Below, piece after piece: positions 32,605 to 42,681 of a DNA stretch of 64,000 bases (position 1 is its first letter; every line of letters begins with the position of its first letter). The translations under genes were made by a program, and so were the position numbers. Under the pieces are notes generated by a model. The model was not told the DNA's origin. It was given only the letters and a program-made list of their open reading frames with translations, and searched no databases. The DNA lies in contig CP170459.1 in assembly GCA_047947115.1 (NCBI GenBank), positions 1,312,001 through 1,376,000 of the forward strand. Reading direction: 5' to 3'. This DNA is from Verrucomicrobiota bacterium (GTDB lineage Bacteria > Verrucomicrobiota > Verrucomicrobiia > Limisphaerales > AAA164-E04).

Positions 32605-33894
32605 ATGCAAAAGACAACTATCGCAATCGTAGGCCTCGGCTATGTAGGTCTTCCACTTGGACTTCAGTTCGCCCGATCCGGTGTGAATGTCATCGGCTTG
32701 GATGTAGATAATTCCAAAGTGGATGCACTCAACCAAGGAAGAAGCTATATCAAGCACATCGCTGCTTCCGACATTCAGGAAGCAGTCAATAAAGGATGCT
32801 TTTCTGCTTCTACTGACTTTTCTAAAGTAACGGAAGTTGAAGCCGTCCTTATATGTGTGCCGACGCCACTGGACCAACATCGTGAACCTGATATTAGTTA
32901 TGTAATCAAGAGCGGAGAAGCCATCGCCCCTTTCTTAAAACCACCAGAAGGGGGAAGGAAGAAACTCATTGTTCTCGAATCGACGACCTATCCAGGAACG
33001 ACAGATACAGACCTTCGAGAAGTGCTTGAGAAAGGATCGGGATTGAAAGCTGGAGAAGATTTTCACCTGGCCTACTCGCCTGAACGAGAAGATCCAGGTC
33101 GCACTGATCATTCGGTAAAAAGCATACCAAAGGTGATGGGAGGATACACCTCCGACTGCCTGGAACGTTGCACGGAACTTTATCTGACTGCCCTTGATAA
33201 AGTGCATCCAGTCAAGTCTTGCCGCATAGCCGAAGCAACGAAATTGACCGAAAACATTTTTCGATCGGTGAACATTGCACTGGTCAACGAACTGAAATTG
33301 GTTTTTCACAAAATGGACATTGATGTGTGGGATGTCGTCGATGCAGCAGCAACCAAACCCTTTGGATACATGCCATTTTATCCAGGACCGGGATTAGGGG
33401 GACACTGCATTCCCATTGATCCATTTTACCTGACATGGAAAGCACGTGAGTACGAACAACACACCCGATTCATCGAATTGGCTGGTGAAATAAACACAGC
33501 CATGCCAGACTATGTGATATCCCGAGTGGCCGATGCTCTGAATGACGAAGGTAAATCCATCAAAGGAAGCCGGATCTTGTTGCTTGGTTTGGCCTACAAA
33601 CCCAATGTGGATGATGATCGTGAAAGCCCCAGTTACCGATTGATTGAAAAACTGGAACACAAAGGAGCCGAAGTTGCATACAACGACCCCCATGTTCCCG
33701 AAATCCGGCCGACCAGAGAATTCCCGCAATACGCAGGTCGAAAGTCGCAAGAAATTTCAGATGACTACGATTTGATCCTCCTGGCAACACACCACAAAGA
33801 ATACAAGGGATTTGATTTCAGCAATTACACGATTCCAATCGTGGACACACGCAATTGCATCACCAAACGACCCGATAAATACTACCAGGCATAG
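32605..33894 (+). CDS. Nucleotide-sugar dehydrogenase (WbpA-like UDP-GlcNAc 6-dehydrogenase)
   Basis: GLGYVGLP, LESTTYPGTT, SPEREDPG, GPGLGGHCIPIDP, DDRESPS. Confidence 0.9.
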   Translation: MQKTTIAIVGLGYVGLPLGLQFARSGVNVIGLDVDNSKVDALNQGRSYIKHIAASDIQEAVNKGCFSASTDFSKVTEVEAVLICVPTPLDQHREPDISYVIKSGEAIAPFLKPPEGGRKKLIVLESTTYPGTTDTDLREVLEKGSGLKAGEDFHLAYSPEREDPGRTDHSVKSIPKVMGGYTSDCLERCTELYLTALDKVHPVKSCRIAEATKLTENIFRSVNIALVNELKLVFHKMDIDVWDVVDAAATKPFGYMPFYPGPGLGGHCIPIDPFYLTWKAREYEQHTRFIELAGEINTAMPDYVISRVADALNDEGKSIKGSRILLLGLAYKPNVDDDRESPSYRLIEKLEHKGAEVAYNDPHVPEIRPTREFPQYAGRKSQEISDDYDLILLATHHKEYKGFDFSNYTIPIVDTRNCITKRPDKYYQA

Positions 33895-34595
33895 GTAGCT
33901 CGTAAAGTTTATCCCGTCGACTGCGGGATCCCTGTCGCGCCAGGTAGATCTCCCGATAAATCGGGACTGGTCCGCCACCATTATTTACCACCCGTTCGGC
34001 TGCGCCTCACTAGAGAACACAGAGGACACGGAGAGAAGAAAGGAAGCAGTGTTATTGTTTTGATCCGTTCATGCGAACAAATCAAAACAATAACACAAAC
34101 CGTCAGCCCCTCGGGCAAGTAAGGTAGTTCGTGACGTCCCCGTCGCGAGAAGTTATCCCATGGGCTGCAGGATTTCTACCTCGTTGCAAGGTAGATCGGA
34201 CCGTCCCTGGTCCGCACAACGTCTACTACATTCTTATTACGAAAACTATAAGGCACACGAATACTTTTAAGTGTGCTACTTTTTGATTTCTTAGGTTTTG
34301 TCCCAAACCTAAGAAATCAAAAAACCTCTGTGGTCCTCTGTGCTCTCAAGTGAGGAATCGAACGGGTGGTGAATAAAACAAAAACTCTGCGCTACCTCAT
34401 ACGAATCTCCCCATCTCAACCCCGCGGCTGCGGGAGGCGGTTAATACATCTGTGAAAATCTGTGACATCTGCGGATAAAAACAAACCAGCAAAAGCCCAA
34501 AAGCAATGGAACACGTTCTGTTCGGCATTTCTGGGGCTCAAGATAAAATTGGGAGCTGCATATACGTTTGAAGAGTAATCATTAATTGATCCAGT

Positions 34596-34913
34596 ATGCA
34601 TAATCTTCACATTCTACCTGTTCCACTGCTGAAGGAGCTAAAGGAAGTGGCACATAATTTCGAGTCATCAGGAATTCAATTAATACTTTTCGGATCTTTC
34701 GCGACTGGAAATGCGCGATCTACATCAGATCTGGATCTGGCCTTTGATAGTCGAGCTACCTCGGGGCAAGAGATCCGACAGCTTTACGGCCGTATCGATG
34801 ATTTACACACCATTCGCTCGGTGGATTTAGTAGACCTGCAAAAAGTCGATCCTGGAGTAGCTGAGGAAATAAAAAATAACGGACGGATACTCTCCGAATG
34901 CCTTGCTGATTGA
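34596..34913 (+). CDS. Minimal nucleotidyltransferase (MNT), orphan
   Basis: LILFGSFATG....SDLDLAF, VDLVDL. Confidence 0.85.
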   Translation: MHNLHILPVPLLKELKEVAHNFESSGIQLILFGSFATGNARSTSDLDLAFDSRATSGQEIRQLYGRIDDLHTIRSVDLVDLQKVDPGVAEEIKNNGRILSECLAD

Positions 34914-35386
34914 TTCACCACCCGTTCGATTGCACCTCACTAGAGAACACAGAGGGCACAGAGAGGGCGGGGAGACGTTGTTTTATTTTGGGCTATTCAA
35001 TTGAACAGCCCAAAATAAAACAGCAAACCATCAGTTCCGCGACCGTGGGACAGGCTGAAAGGTAGATCGGATCATCCCTGATCCGCATAGCGCCCAGAGC
35101 ATTCAACACCCCGCTCGTATCATGAAAACAAAAAATGATTCACACCCTTTTAAGTGTGCTACCTTTTTGATTTCTTTGGTTTTTTCCGAAAACCTAAGAA
35201 ATCAAAAAACTCTGTGGCCCTCTGAAACTAGATTGTCCCGTCGACTTCGGGATGAACTCAAGTGCCAATTACTCACTACAGCGCTGAAAGTCCCGCGGCT
35301 GCGGGAGGTGGTTAATAAAAAATCCGCCTTCCAACGACATTAATAAAGATCTGCGATCATCTGCGAAATCTGCGGTTAAACACATC

Positions 35387-36319
35387 ATGCGTATTCTAGT
35401 AACAGGAGGAGCCGGATTCCTCGGCAGCCACCTCTGCGATCGGCTCATCGAGCAGGGCCACGAAGTCATCTGCCTCGACAACTTTTTCACCGGAGATAAA
35501 CAGAACATCCGACACTTGCTCAGCCACGATCATTTCGAGTTAATCCGCCACGACGTTATTGATCCGTTCAAAGCAGAAGTAGACCAAATCTACAACTTGG
35601 CCTGTCCGGCATCACCGGTTCATTATCAACACAACCCCATTAAAACTATCAAAACATCGGTGATGGGAGCAATAAATGCGTTAGGATTGGCAAAAAGAAC
35701 CGGAGCACGAGTATTGCAAGCCTCTACATCGGAGGTCTACGGCGATCCAGAGGTGCACCCGCAAACCGAGGCATACCGTGGAAACGTCAACCCCATTGGC
35801 CCACGATCTTGTTACGACGAAGGCAAACGAGTCGCTGAAACCTTGTTCTTCGATTACCATCGGCAGAATAAAGTAAACATAAGGGTGATGCGTATCTTCA
35901 ATACCTACGGCCCCAGAATGCATCCGCATGACGGACGAGTTGTATCAAATTTCATTGTGCAGGCATTAAACAATGAGCCCATTACAGTTTATGGAGATGG
36001 ATCACAAACCCGATCCTTTTGTTATATGGATGATTTGCTGGATGGTATGATTCGATTGATGAACCACGATTCGTTAACCGGACCGGTGAACATCGGCAAT
36101 CCGGGCGAATTCACGATTCTGGAACTTGCTCAAAAAGTAATTGAAAAAACAGGCTCAAAATCAGAAATCATCCACAAAGACCTCCCAACCGACGATCCGT
36201 TACAACGTAAACCAGATATAACCTTAGCCAAAAACGAACTCGACTGGGAACCAAAAATCAACCTGGACCAAGGCCTGGACAAAACCATCACCTATTTCAG
36301 GACACTTTTAGATAGGTAG
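35387..36319 (+). CDS. UDP-glucuronic acid decarboxylase (UXS-like)
   Basis: [46 protein letters not shown]. Confidence 0.92.
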   Translation: MRILVTGGAGFLGSHLCDRLIEQGHEVICLDNFFTGDKQNIRHLLSHDHFELIRHDVIDPFKAEVDQIYNLACPASPVHYQHNPIKTIKTSVMGAINALGLAKRTGARVLQASTSEVYGDPEVHPQTEAYRGNVNPIGPRSCYDEGKRVAETLFFDYHRQNKVNIRVMRIFNTYGPRMHPHDGRVVSNFIVQALNNEPITVYGDGSQTRSFCYMDDLLDGMIRLMNHDSLTGPVNIGNPGEFTILELAQKVIEKTGSKSEIIHKDLPTDDPLQRKPDITLAKNELDWEPKINLDQGLDKTITYFRTLLDR

Positions 36320-36856
36320 ATCGGACCGTCCCTGGTCCGCCACCATCTTAATTCACCACCCGTTCGATTCCTCACTAGAGGACACAGAGATCACAGAGAG
36401 AAGAGGTGAGATGATGATTTATTTCAGCCCGCTCTATCGAACAAACTGAAATAAATCATCAAACTGTCAGCCCAGGTAGAACGGATCGTCCCTGATCCGC
36501 TGGTAAGGTAGAGCGTAAAGTTTATCCCGTCGGCTGCGGGATCTCAGTACTGGGGGTAGAGATCCCGACCTGTCGGGACTGCCTGTCCGCAAATTCTGGA
36601 CCGCAATCACAGACGTATTCAACGAATAGAAGTCAAATAAACATACGATCACCTTTTCAGTGCGAATACTTTTGGTTTTCTTTGGAATTGCAGCTAGAAA
36701 TTCCAAAGAAAACCAAAAACCTCCCTTTACTCTCTGTGGTCCTCCCAATCTCTAGTGACCGCAGGACGCTCTCTCTTGAAGGTAAATTGCGCTGAAAGTC
36801 CCGCGACCGCGGGAGGTGGTGAACAAAAAAACTCTGCGTGAGAAAACACCTAAAAT

Positions 36857-37108
36857 ATGATACTCCAGTACATTGAGAAAGCGCTTAGCCTGGCTCATTA
36901 TGAGATCATCGATGACGAAGATCCCTATTATGGTGAAGTACCTGGATTGGATGGAGTATTGGCTAGTGGAAAAACACTTGAAGATTGTCGTTACCAATTA
37001 GCCCAAGTGGTGGAGGATTGGATACTATACAGCATCGCCAACAAATTACCCATTAATTCACTCGAAGGGATTACCGTCAAAGTACCCGAAATGGTGGCAA
37101 ATGACTGA
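36857..37108 (+). CDS. HicB-like antitoxin, orphan
   Basis: YYGEVPGLDGVLASGKTLEDCR..L..VVEDWI. Confidence 0.8.
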   Translation: MILQYIEKALSLAHYEIIDDEDPYYGEVPGLDGVLASGKTLEDCRYQLAQVVEDWILYSIANKLPINSLEGITVKVPEMVAND

Positions 37109-37334
37109 TGGGACGTTTAAATCCGTCGAATAACCATCAGTAAACGAACCCTTTTAAGTGTGCCCCCATTTGCTTTTGTTTGGAGTTTTCGAATGAGAAT
37201 CCCAAACAAAAGCAAAAATCTCCCAGTCTCAAAAAAAACTCTCACGAATCTCCCAATTTCAAGAGACCGCAGGGAACGGGTGGTGAACAAAAACTGTCTC
37301 CAGACCACATCCTAAAGTGTTGCATGTAGTATAG

Positions 37335-37676
37335 ATGGAATTCATCGAAACACCCCATTTCACTAATCTGATTACCCAATACGTTCCTGATGAACACTAC
37401 CGTGCGCTACAACTCGAATTGCAAGCCAACCCTGAAAAGGGGGATCTCATTTCCGGCTCCGGTGGACTTCGGAAGATTAGGGTCGGTTTACCTGGAAGTG
37501 GGAAGCGTGGATCGGCCCGGGTGATTTATCTGTATCTCAAGATTGAAAATCTCATCTACTTTTTGTTGATCTATCGTAAATCCAAATCCGAAAACCTCAC
37601 CCGATCCCAGGTAAGCGAACTACGAGCGCTTGCCGATCAAATCAAGCAGGCCTATCGCCATGAAAGCAGAAAATAA
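37335..37676 (+). CDS. RelE/HigB-like toxin
   Basis: FIETPHF...NPEKGDLISGSGGLRKIRV....GKRGSARVIY...Y.KS..ENL. Confidence 0.85.
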   Translation: MEFIETPHFTNLITQYVPDEHYRALQLELQANPEKGDLISGSGGLRKIRVGLPGSGKRGSARVIYLYLKIENLIYFLLIYRKSKSENLTRSQVSELRALADQIKQAYRHESRK

Positions 37677-37983
37677 AAGAGAATTACCGGAATTCAGTTT
37701 TAAGGACTTAAAACATAGCCTGGGGCAAGCATTGAGAGAGGCGAAAGATAATGGCACGTGCCGAAAGATTAAATTACCGGAACCAATCGTTGAAATCCCG
37801 CCGAAGGAGATAAGAAGAATACGCACTCAGCTTCAAGTAAGCCAATCCGTATTTGCCGCGATGCTGAATGTTCCATTGAAAACGGCCGTTAGCTGGGAAA
37901 CCGGACTACACAAGCCAACCAGAGCGGCATTACGTCTATTAGACATTGCACGGAAGCATCCAGATATTCTTTTTGAAGCTTAA
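37660..37983 (+). CDS. XRE-HTH antitoxin (HigA-like)
   Basis: IRRIRTQLQVSQSVFAAMLNV...VSWETG..KP..AALRLL; overlaps the toxin. Confidence 0.85.
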   Translation: MKAENKRELPEFSFKDLKHSLGQALREAKDNGTCRKIKLPEPIVEIPPKEIRRIRTQLQVSQSVFAAMLNVPLKTAVSWETGLHKPTRAALRLLDIARKHPDILFEA

Positions 37984-38623
37984 TTTACCACCCGCTTGGA
38001 TGTGTAAGGTAGATCGGGCCATCTCTGGTCTGCCACAATAGGTAGCCCACAATGGTAGGGATGAGTTGCTGCTCGTCCGTTCATCCGCCACCAATTATAT
38101 TCACCACCCGTCTTGCTGCGCGCGACTAGAGAACACAGAGGGCACTGAGAGAAAAGAGAAGGAAAGGGAAGGGAGGAGTTGATGTTTTTATTTCGCCCTG
38201 TTCTGTCGAACAAACCGAAATAAAACCACAAACTGTCAGCCCTGCGGGCGGCATGGTAGTCCGCGACGTCCCTGTCGTGAAGGTAGCTCTCCCGATACAT
38301 CGGGACTGGTCCGCCGTGACAGGTAGAGCGTATAGTTTATCCCGTCGACTGCGGGATCCCTGTCGTGCGGTCATTAACGCCAATCGTATCCAACAACGTT
38401 TAAATCCGTAGAATAACCATCAGTAAACGAACCCTTTTAAGTGTGCCATCTTAAGTTTTTCTTTGTTGTTTTCATCCGAAAAGACCAAAGAAAAACTTAA
38501 ACCTCTCAAGACTTAAACATCCTCTCTCGAATCTCTGTGTCCTCAATCCCGCGACTGCGGGAGGGTGGTGTAAATTAAATTCTACGTCCCTGCGACTCCG
38601 CGTGAGCAAAAAACAAGCAAGCC

Positions 38624-39151
38624 ATGGACTTCAAACAAGTCGACGCACTAGCCAGCCAAGAACCCCCACTATCCTATCTGGTTATTGGTGGCTATGCAGT
38701 CGCCGCCCATGGATATTCAAGGTTAACCTTTGACATAGATATTTTAATTCGTCGAGTTGATAAAGAAGTTTGGCATGAACGATGTTTAAACATGGGATTG
38801 CGATGTATTGGCCAGTCAAACTCATTTTCTCAATATGATGGCACAGACAAAAGATTGGACCTGATGTTTGTTGATGATCAATCATTCAATAAAATGAATG
38901 CTGATTGCATCACACAAGACTACGATCAGATCCATACCAAGGTAGTAGGATTGGATCATCTAATTGCATTGAAGTTGCACGCGTTGAAAAACGCACCAGA
39001 GCACCGTGTATCAAAAGATTTCAACGACATAGAAATGTTGGCGAAAAATCACAGATTGCAGTTAAAAAGCGAGCATTACAGAGGATTTTTTCTTAAATAC
39101 GGCACCGACAAGATATACGAAACACTGCTGAGATGCCTTAAATATGATTAA
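38624..39151 (+). CDS. Pol-beta-superfamily nucleotidyltransferase
   Basis: YLVIGGYAVAAHGYSRLTFDIDIL, LIALK....R..KD..DI. Confidence 0.8.
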   Translation: MDFKQVDALASQEPPLSYLVIGGYAVAAHGYSRLTFDIDILIRRVDKEVWHERCLNMGLRCIGQSNSFSQYDGTDKRLDLMFVDDQSFNKMNADCITQDYDQIHTKVVGLDHLIALKLHALKNAPEHRVSKDFNDIEMLAKNHRLQLKSEHYRGFFLKYGTDKIYETLLRCLKYD

Positions 39152-39341
39152 ACCTGTTCAAGAACATGCAGATTTGGAACTACCAACGGATTCACCGCCG
39201 GTTCAAGTTCCGCCTCAAATTTCCCTGGATACAATGCAGCGAAGAATTGAGGAGATTGCGAAGATGTTCCCACAGAACGTTCCCACACCCGAAGAACGAC
39301 TCAGAACCAAAATAGACGTCCTTTTCGAGTTAAAGGAATAG
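39144..39341 (+). CDS. Small hypothetical protein coupled to the nucleotidyltransferase
   Basis: 65-aa ORF overlapping the upstream stop and filling the gap to the next spacer. Confidence 0.55.
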   Translation: MIKPVQEHADLELPTDSPPVQVPPQISLDTMQRRIEEIAKMFPQNVPTPEERLRTKIDVLFELKE

Positions 39342-39918
39342 GTATACCACAATGGTAGGGATTGCGCTGCCGCGCGTCCGTTCAGCCGCCACCAATTTTA
39401 TTCACCACCCGTCTTGCTGCGCGCGACTAGAGAACACAGAGGGCACAGAGGGCACAGAGAGAAAAGAGAAGGATAGGGAAGGGAGGAGTTGATGCTTTTA
39501 TTTTGGCCTGTTCTGTCGAACAAACCGAAATAAAACCACAAACAATCAGTCCCGCGACTGCGGGACGGGCGGCATGGTAGTCCGCGACGTCCCTGTCGCG
39601 TAGGTAGCTCTCCCGATACATCGGGACTGATCCGCTGGTAAGGTAGAACGGAAAAGTGAATCCCGTCGACTGCGGGATCCCTGATCCGCCACAAGAGGTA
39701 GGCCACAATGGTAGGTAGATCGGACCGTCCCTGGTCCGCATTAACCCAGACGCATTCGACAAACGTAATCAGTGAACAAACACCAATAAATCTCCTTTAA
39801 CTCTCTGTGGCCCTCCCCACTTCTAGTGACCGCAGCTATGCTGAAAGTCCCGTGACTGCGGGAGGTGGTTTAAATTAGACTTTGTGGTCCTTGTGACTTT
39901 GTGTGAGCGCTAAAACAA

Positions 39919-40146
39919 ATGAAAAAAACACTGACCGCCATTATTCGAGCAGAAGATGATGTTTATGTAGCGCTTAACCCCGAACTGGACATAGCCAGTC
40001 AAGGTGCTACGACCCAACATGCGCTGAGTAATTTGCAAGAAGCTGTTGATTTGTTCCTGGAAACAGCATCAAAGGAGGAAATAGAGGAGCGATTAAGAGG
40101 TGAATCCTTGGTAACACAATTTGTGGCTGAGTATGCCCCCGCTTAA
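39919..40146 (+). CDS. HicB-like antitoxin, orphan
   Basis: YVALNPELDIASQGAT..HALSNLQEAVDLFLE. Confidence 0.85.
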   Translation: MKKTLTAIIRAEDDVYVALNPELDIASQGATTQHALSNLQEAVDLFLETASKEEIEERLRGESLVTQFVAEYAPA

Positions 40147-40505
40147 GAAGTTTATCCCGCCGACTGCGGGATCCCAGTCGCGGCGGTAGGGATAGGCTGC
40201 TGCCTGTCCGCAAAGGTAGATCGGACCGTCCCTGGTCCGCATTAACCCAGACGCATTCGACAAACGTAATCAGTGAACAAACACCAATAAACATTACGTG
40301 ACCTTTTAAGTGGCGCCCCTTTACGTTTTCTTTGACGATTGAACCACAATCTTCAAAGAAAACGTAAAACCCTTAAAGTTCATTACTTACAACTACTCAC
40401 TCAAACCTCTGTGGCCTTCCCTGTCTCTAGTGACCGCAGCTATGCTGAAAGTCCAGTGACTGCGTGAGGTGGCGAACAAAAAATACTGCGTCCCTGCGAC
40501 TCTGC

Positions 40506-40796
40506 GTGAGAATTACACCAAAAGAACAATCAATCATCCGTGAATCGATCCTGGCATTGGACCCAGAATCCTCGATCTACCTATTTGGGTCACGAGTGGA
40601 TGATCACGCGAAAGGTGGTGACATAGATCTATTGGTGATATCCGACAAACTTGAATTCCGAGATCTCTTAAAACTGAGACGGCTTATACTGGACCAGATA
40701 GGTTGGCAGCAATTGGATCTCATCATCAAAAAGTCCACTGAACTGAGTCAACCATTCGTAGAAGAAGCCATCGAAACAGGGATCTTGCTTACGTGA
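40506..40796 (+). CDS. Minimal nucleotidyltransferase (MNT)
   Basis: GTG start; IYLFGSRVDDHAKGGDIDLLV. Confidence 0.85.
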   Translation: MRITPKEQSIIRESILALDPESSIYLFGSRVDDHAKGGDIDLLVISDKLEFRDLLKLRRLILDQIGWQQLDLIIKKSTELSQPFVEEAIETGILLT

Positions 40797-41154
40797 CGCA
40801 TTAAACTCACCACCCGTTCGATACCTCACTAGAGAACACAGAGGACACAGAGAGAAGAGGAGGTGTTTGAAGGTTTATTTTGTAACATTCTATCGAATAT
40901 CCCAAAATAAACCAACAAACTGTCAGTCCAGGTAGATCGGACCGTCTCTGGTCCGTCATAACCTCAAACGCACTCAACAACGCTGATCACTGACGAAGCC
41001 TTTTAAGTGTGCACCCTTTTTGAGTTCTTTGGCGTTCTGAATTAGAACTACAAAGAACTCAAAAATCTCTGTGATCCTCTAGAGACCGCAGGAAACGGGT
41101 GGTAAAACAAAAAATCTGCGACCATCTGCGTAAATCTGCGGATAAATAACAAAC

Positions 41155-41607
41155 GTGAACGATCGTCCGAAAGCACTACTTCAAGCTAACCTCGATGATC
41201 TACTACGGGCCAAAAAACATTTGGATTACTCGTATAGGCAGATAATTAGCTACGATGCGGAATTCGAGGAGTATAATGAAGAACAATTGGAAACCGTGGA
41301 GGCCTTCACAAGTCGGTTTGCACGTTGTGCGGATTTACTGGTGAACAAGGTTCTGAGATCGTTGGATCGTTATGAACTGAAACCGGGAGGGACATTATTA
41401 GATGTGATCAATAGGGCAGAGAAGCGTGGGATTATCTCAAATGTCGGGGAGTTAAGAGAAATGAAAGACATTAGGAACATCATCGCACATGATTACGCGG
41501 GAATCCAAATGGAACAGGTGTTTGAATACTGCAAACAAAAGAAACCACATTTTGACGAAATTTGCCACAACCTGAAGAATTACGTGGATCGTTTGCAGAT
41601 AATTTAA
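41155..41607 (+). CDS. HEPN-domain protein (MNT partner/toxin)
   Basis: EAFTSRFAR..D, DVINRAEKRG, IRNIIAHDY (RX4HXY). Confidence 0.83.
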   Translation: MNDRPKALLQANLDDLLRAKKHLDYSYRQIISYDAEFEEYNEEQLETVEAFTSRFARCADLLVNKVLRSLDRYELKPGGTLLDVINRAEKRGIISNVGELREMKDIRNIIAHDYAGIQMEQVFEYCKQKKPHFDEICHNLKNYVDRLQII

Positions 41608-42229
41608 ATCGAATCATTAATGAATTAATTCACCACCCGGCTCGCTGCGCGCGACTTGAGAGCACAGAGGACACAGAGAGAGAAGGAGGGGATGATGTTT
41701 TATTTCAGCCCGTTCTATCGAACGAACTGAAATAAATCATCAAACTGTCAGCCCAGGTAGATCGGACCGTCCCTGGTCCGCCGGTAAGGTATTTGGAAAA
41801 ACACTATCCCGTCGACTGCGGGATCCCTGGCGCGTAATGGTAGCTCGGATCGTCCCTGATCCGTAAATCCCCAATCGCTGCCAACAACGCTTACAACATA
41901 GAACAAGCAGCCAAATTACGATCTCCTTTTCAGTGCGAATACTTTTGTTTTTCTTTGTTATGACGGCCAGTAATGCCAAAGAAAAACAAAACCTCTCGAT
42001 ACTCTCTGTGGCCCTCCCAATCTCTAGTGACCGCAGCAATGCTGAAAGTCCCGTGACTGCGGGAGGTGGTAAAACAAAAGTCTGCGACCATCTGCGTAAA
42101 TCTGCGGATAAATAACAAAAGCAAAAACTTCTTATAAACACTCTATGCCCCTCCTTTCCTCTAGTGACCGTAGGGAACGGGTGGTTGAACAACAAAAACT
42201 CTGCATCTCCGCGTGAGAAAAGACGAAAA

Positions 42230-42442
42230 ATGAAAGAAATTATATTTGAGGTATTGGAACAACCTATGGGACAGGGGTTTGTTGCTACAGCAGTTGGGAT
42301 AGGTGTTCACACTGAGGCTGACACACTCGAAGATTTACGTCAAAATGTGCGTGAAGCCGTGGATTGCCATTTTGACGATTCAATGGATGCTCCGAAGCTC
42401 ATCCGTCTCCATTTTGTTCGGGATGAGGTATTGGCCAGATGA
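42230..42442 (+). CDS. HicB-like small antitoxin
   Basis: EIIFEV....GFVATA..IGVHTEADTLEDLRQNVREAVDCHF; ATGA overlap with hicA. Confidence 0.78.
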   Translation: MKEIIFEVLEQPMGQGFVATAVGIGVHTEADTLEDLRQNVREAVDCHFDDSMDAPKLIRLHFVRDEVLAR

Positions 42443-42681
42443 GAACACCACGGGATTTATCTGCGAGTGATTTGGAAAAAGCGTTAAAAGGTCTTGGATA
42501 CGAAAAAACACGAAAGAAGGGATCACACATACGATTAACAACAAATTTAGATGGTGTACATCACGAGACAATTCCGAATCATGATCCGATAAAGATTGGA
42601 ACACTGTCAGCTATTCTGAAGAGCATTGCAAATCACCATCCCATGACGGTAAGTGAATTAATGGAGCAATTAGGCTTATAA
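42439..42681 (+). CDS. HicA family toxin
   Basis: LKGLGYEKTRKKGSHIRL...TIPNHDPIKIGTLSAIL. Confidence 0.87.
   Translation: MRTPRDLSASDLEKALKGLGYEKTRKKGSHIRLTTNLDGVHHETIPNHDPIKIGTLSAILKSIANHHPMTVSELMEQLGL

Noticed and set aside
40182..40195. RfaH ops/JUMPstart (GGCGGTAG)
   Set aside because: One match inside a GGTAG repeat, lacking the rest of the consensus, and no NusG paralog in the window.
29809..42195. ORFs inside spacers (e.g. 29809-30273, 35122-35343, 36467-36748, 38126-38383, 39398-39762, 41740-42195)
   Set aside because: They are translations of repeats (SRSRRDK, LCVLC), with starts and frames not conserved between copies.
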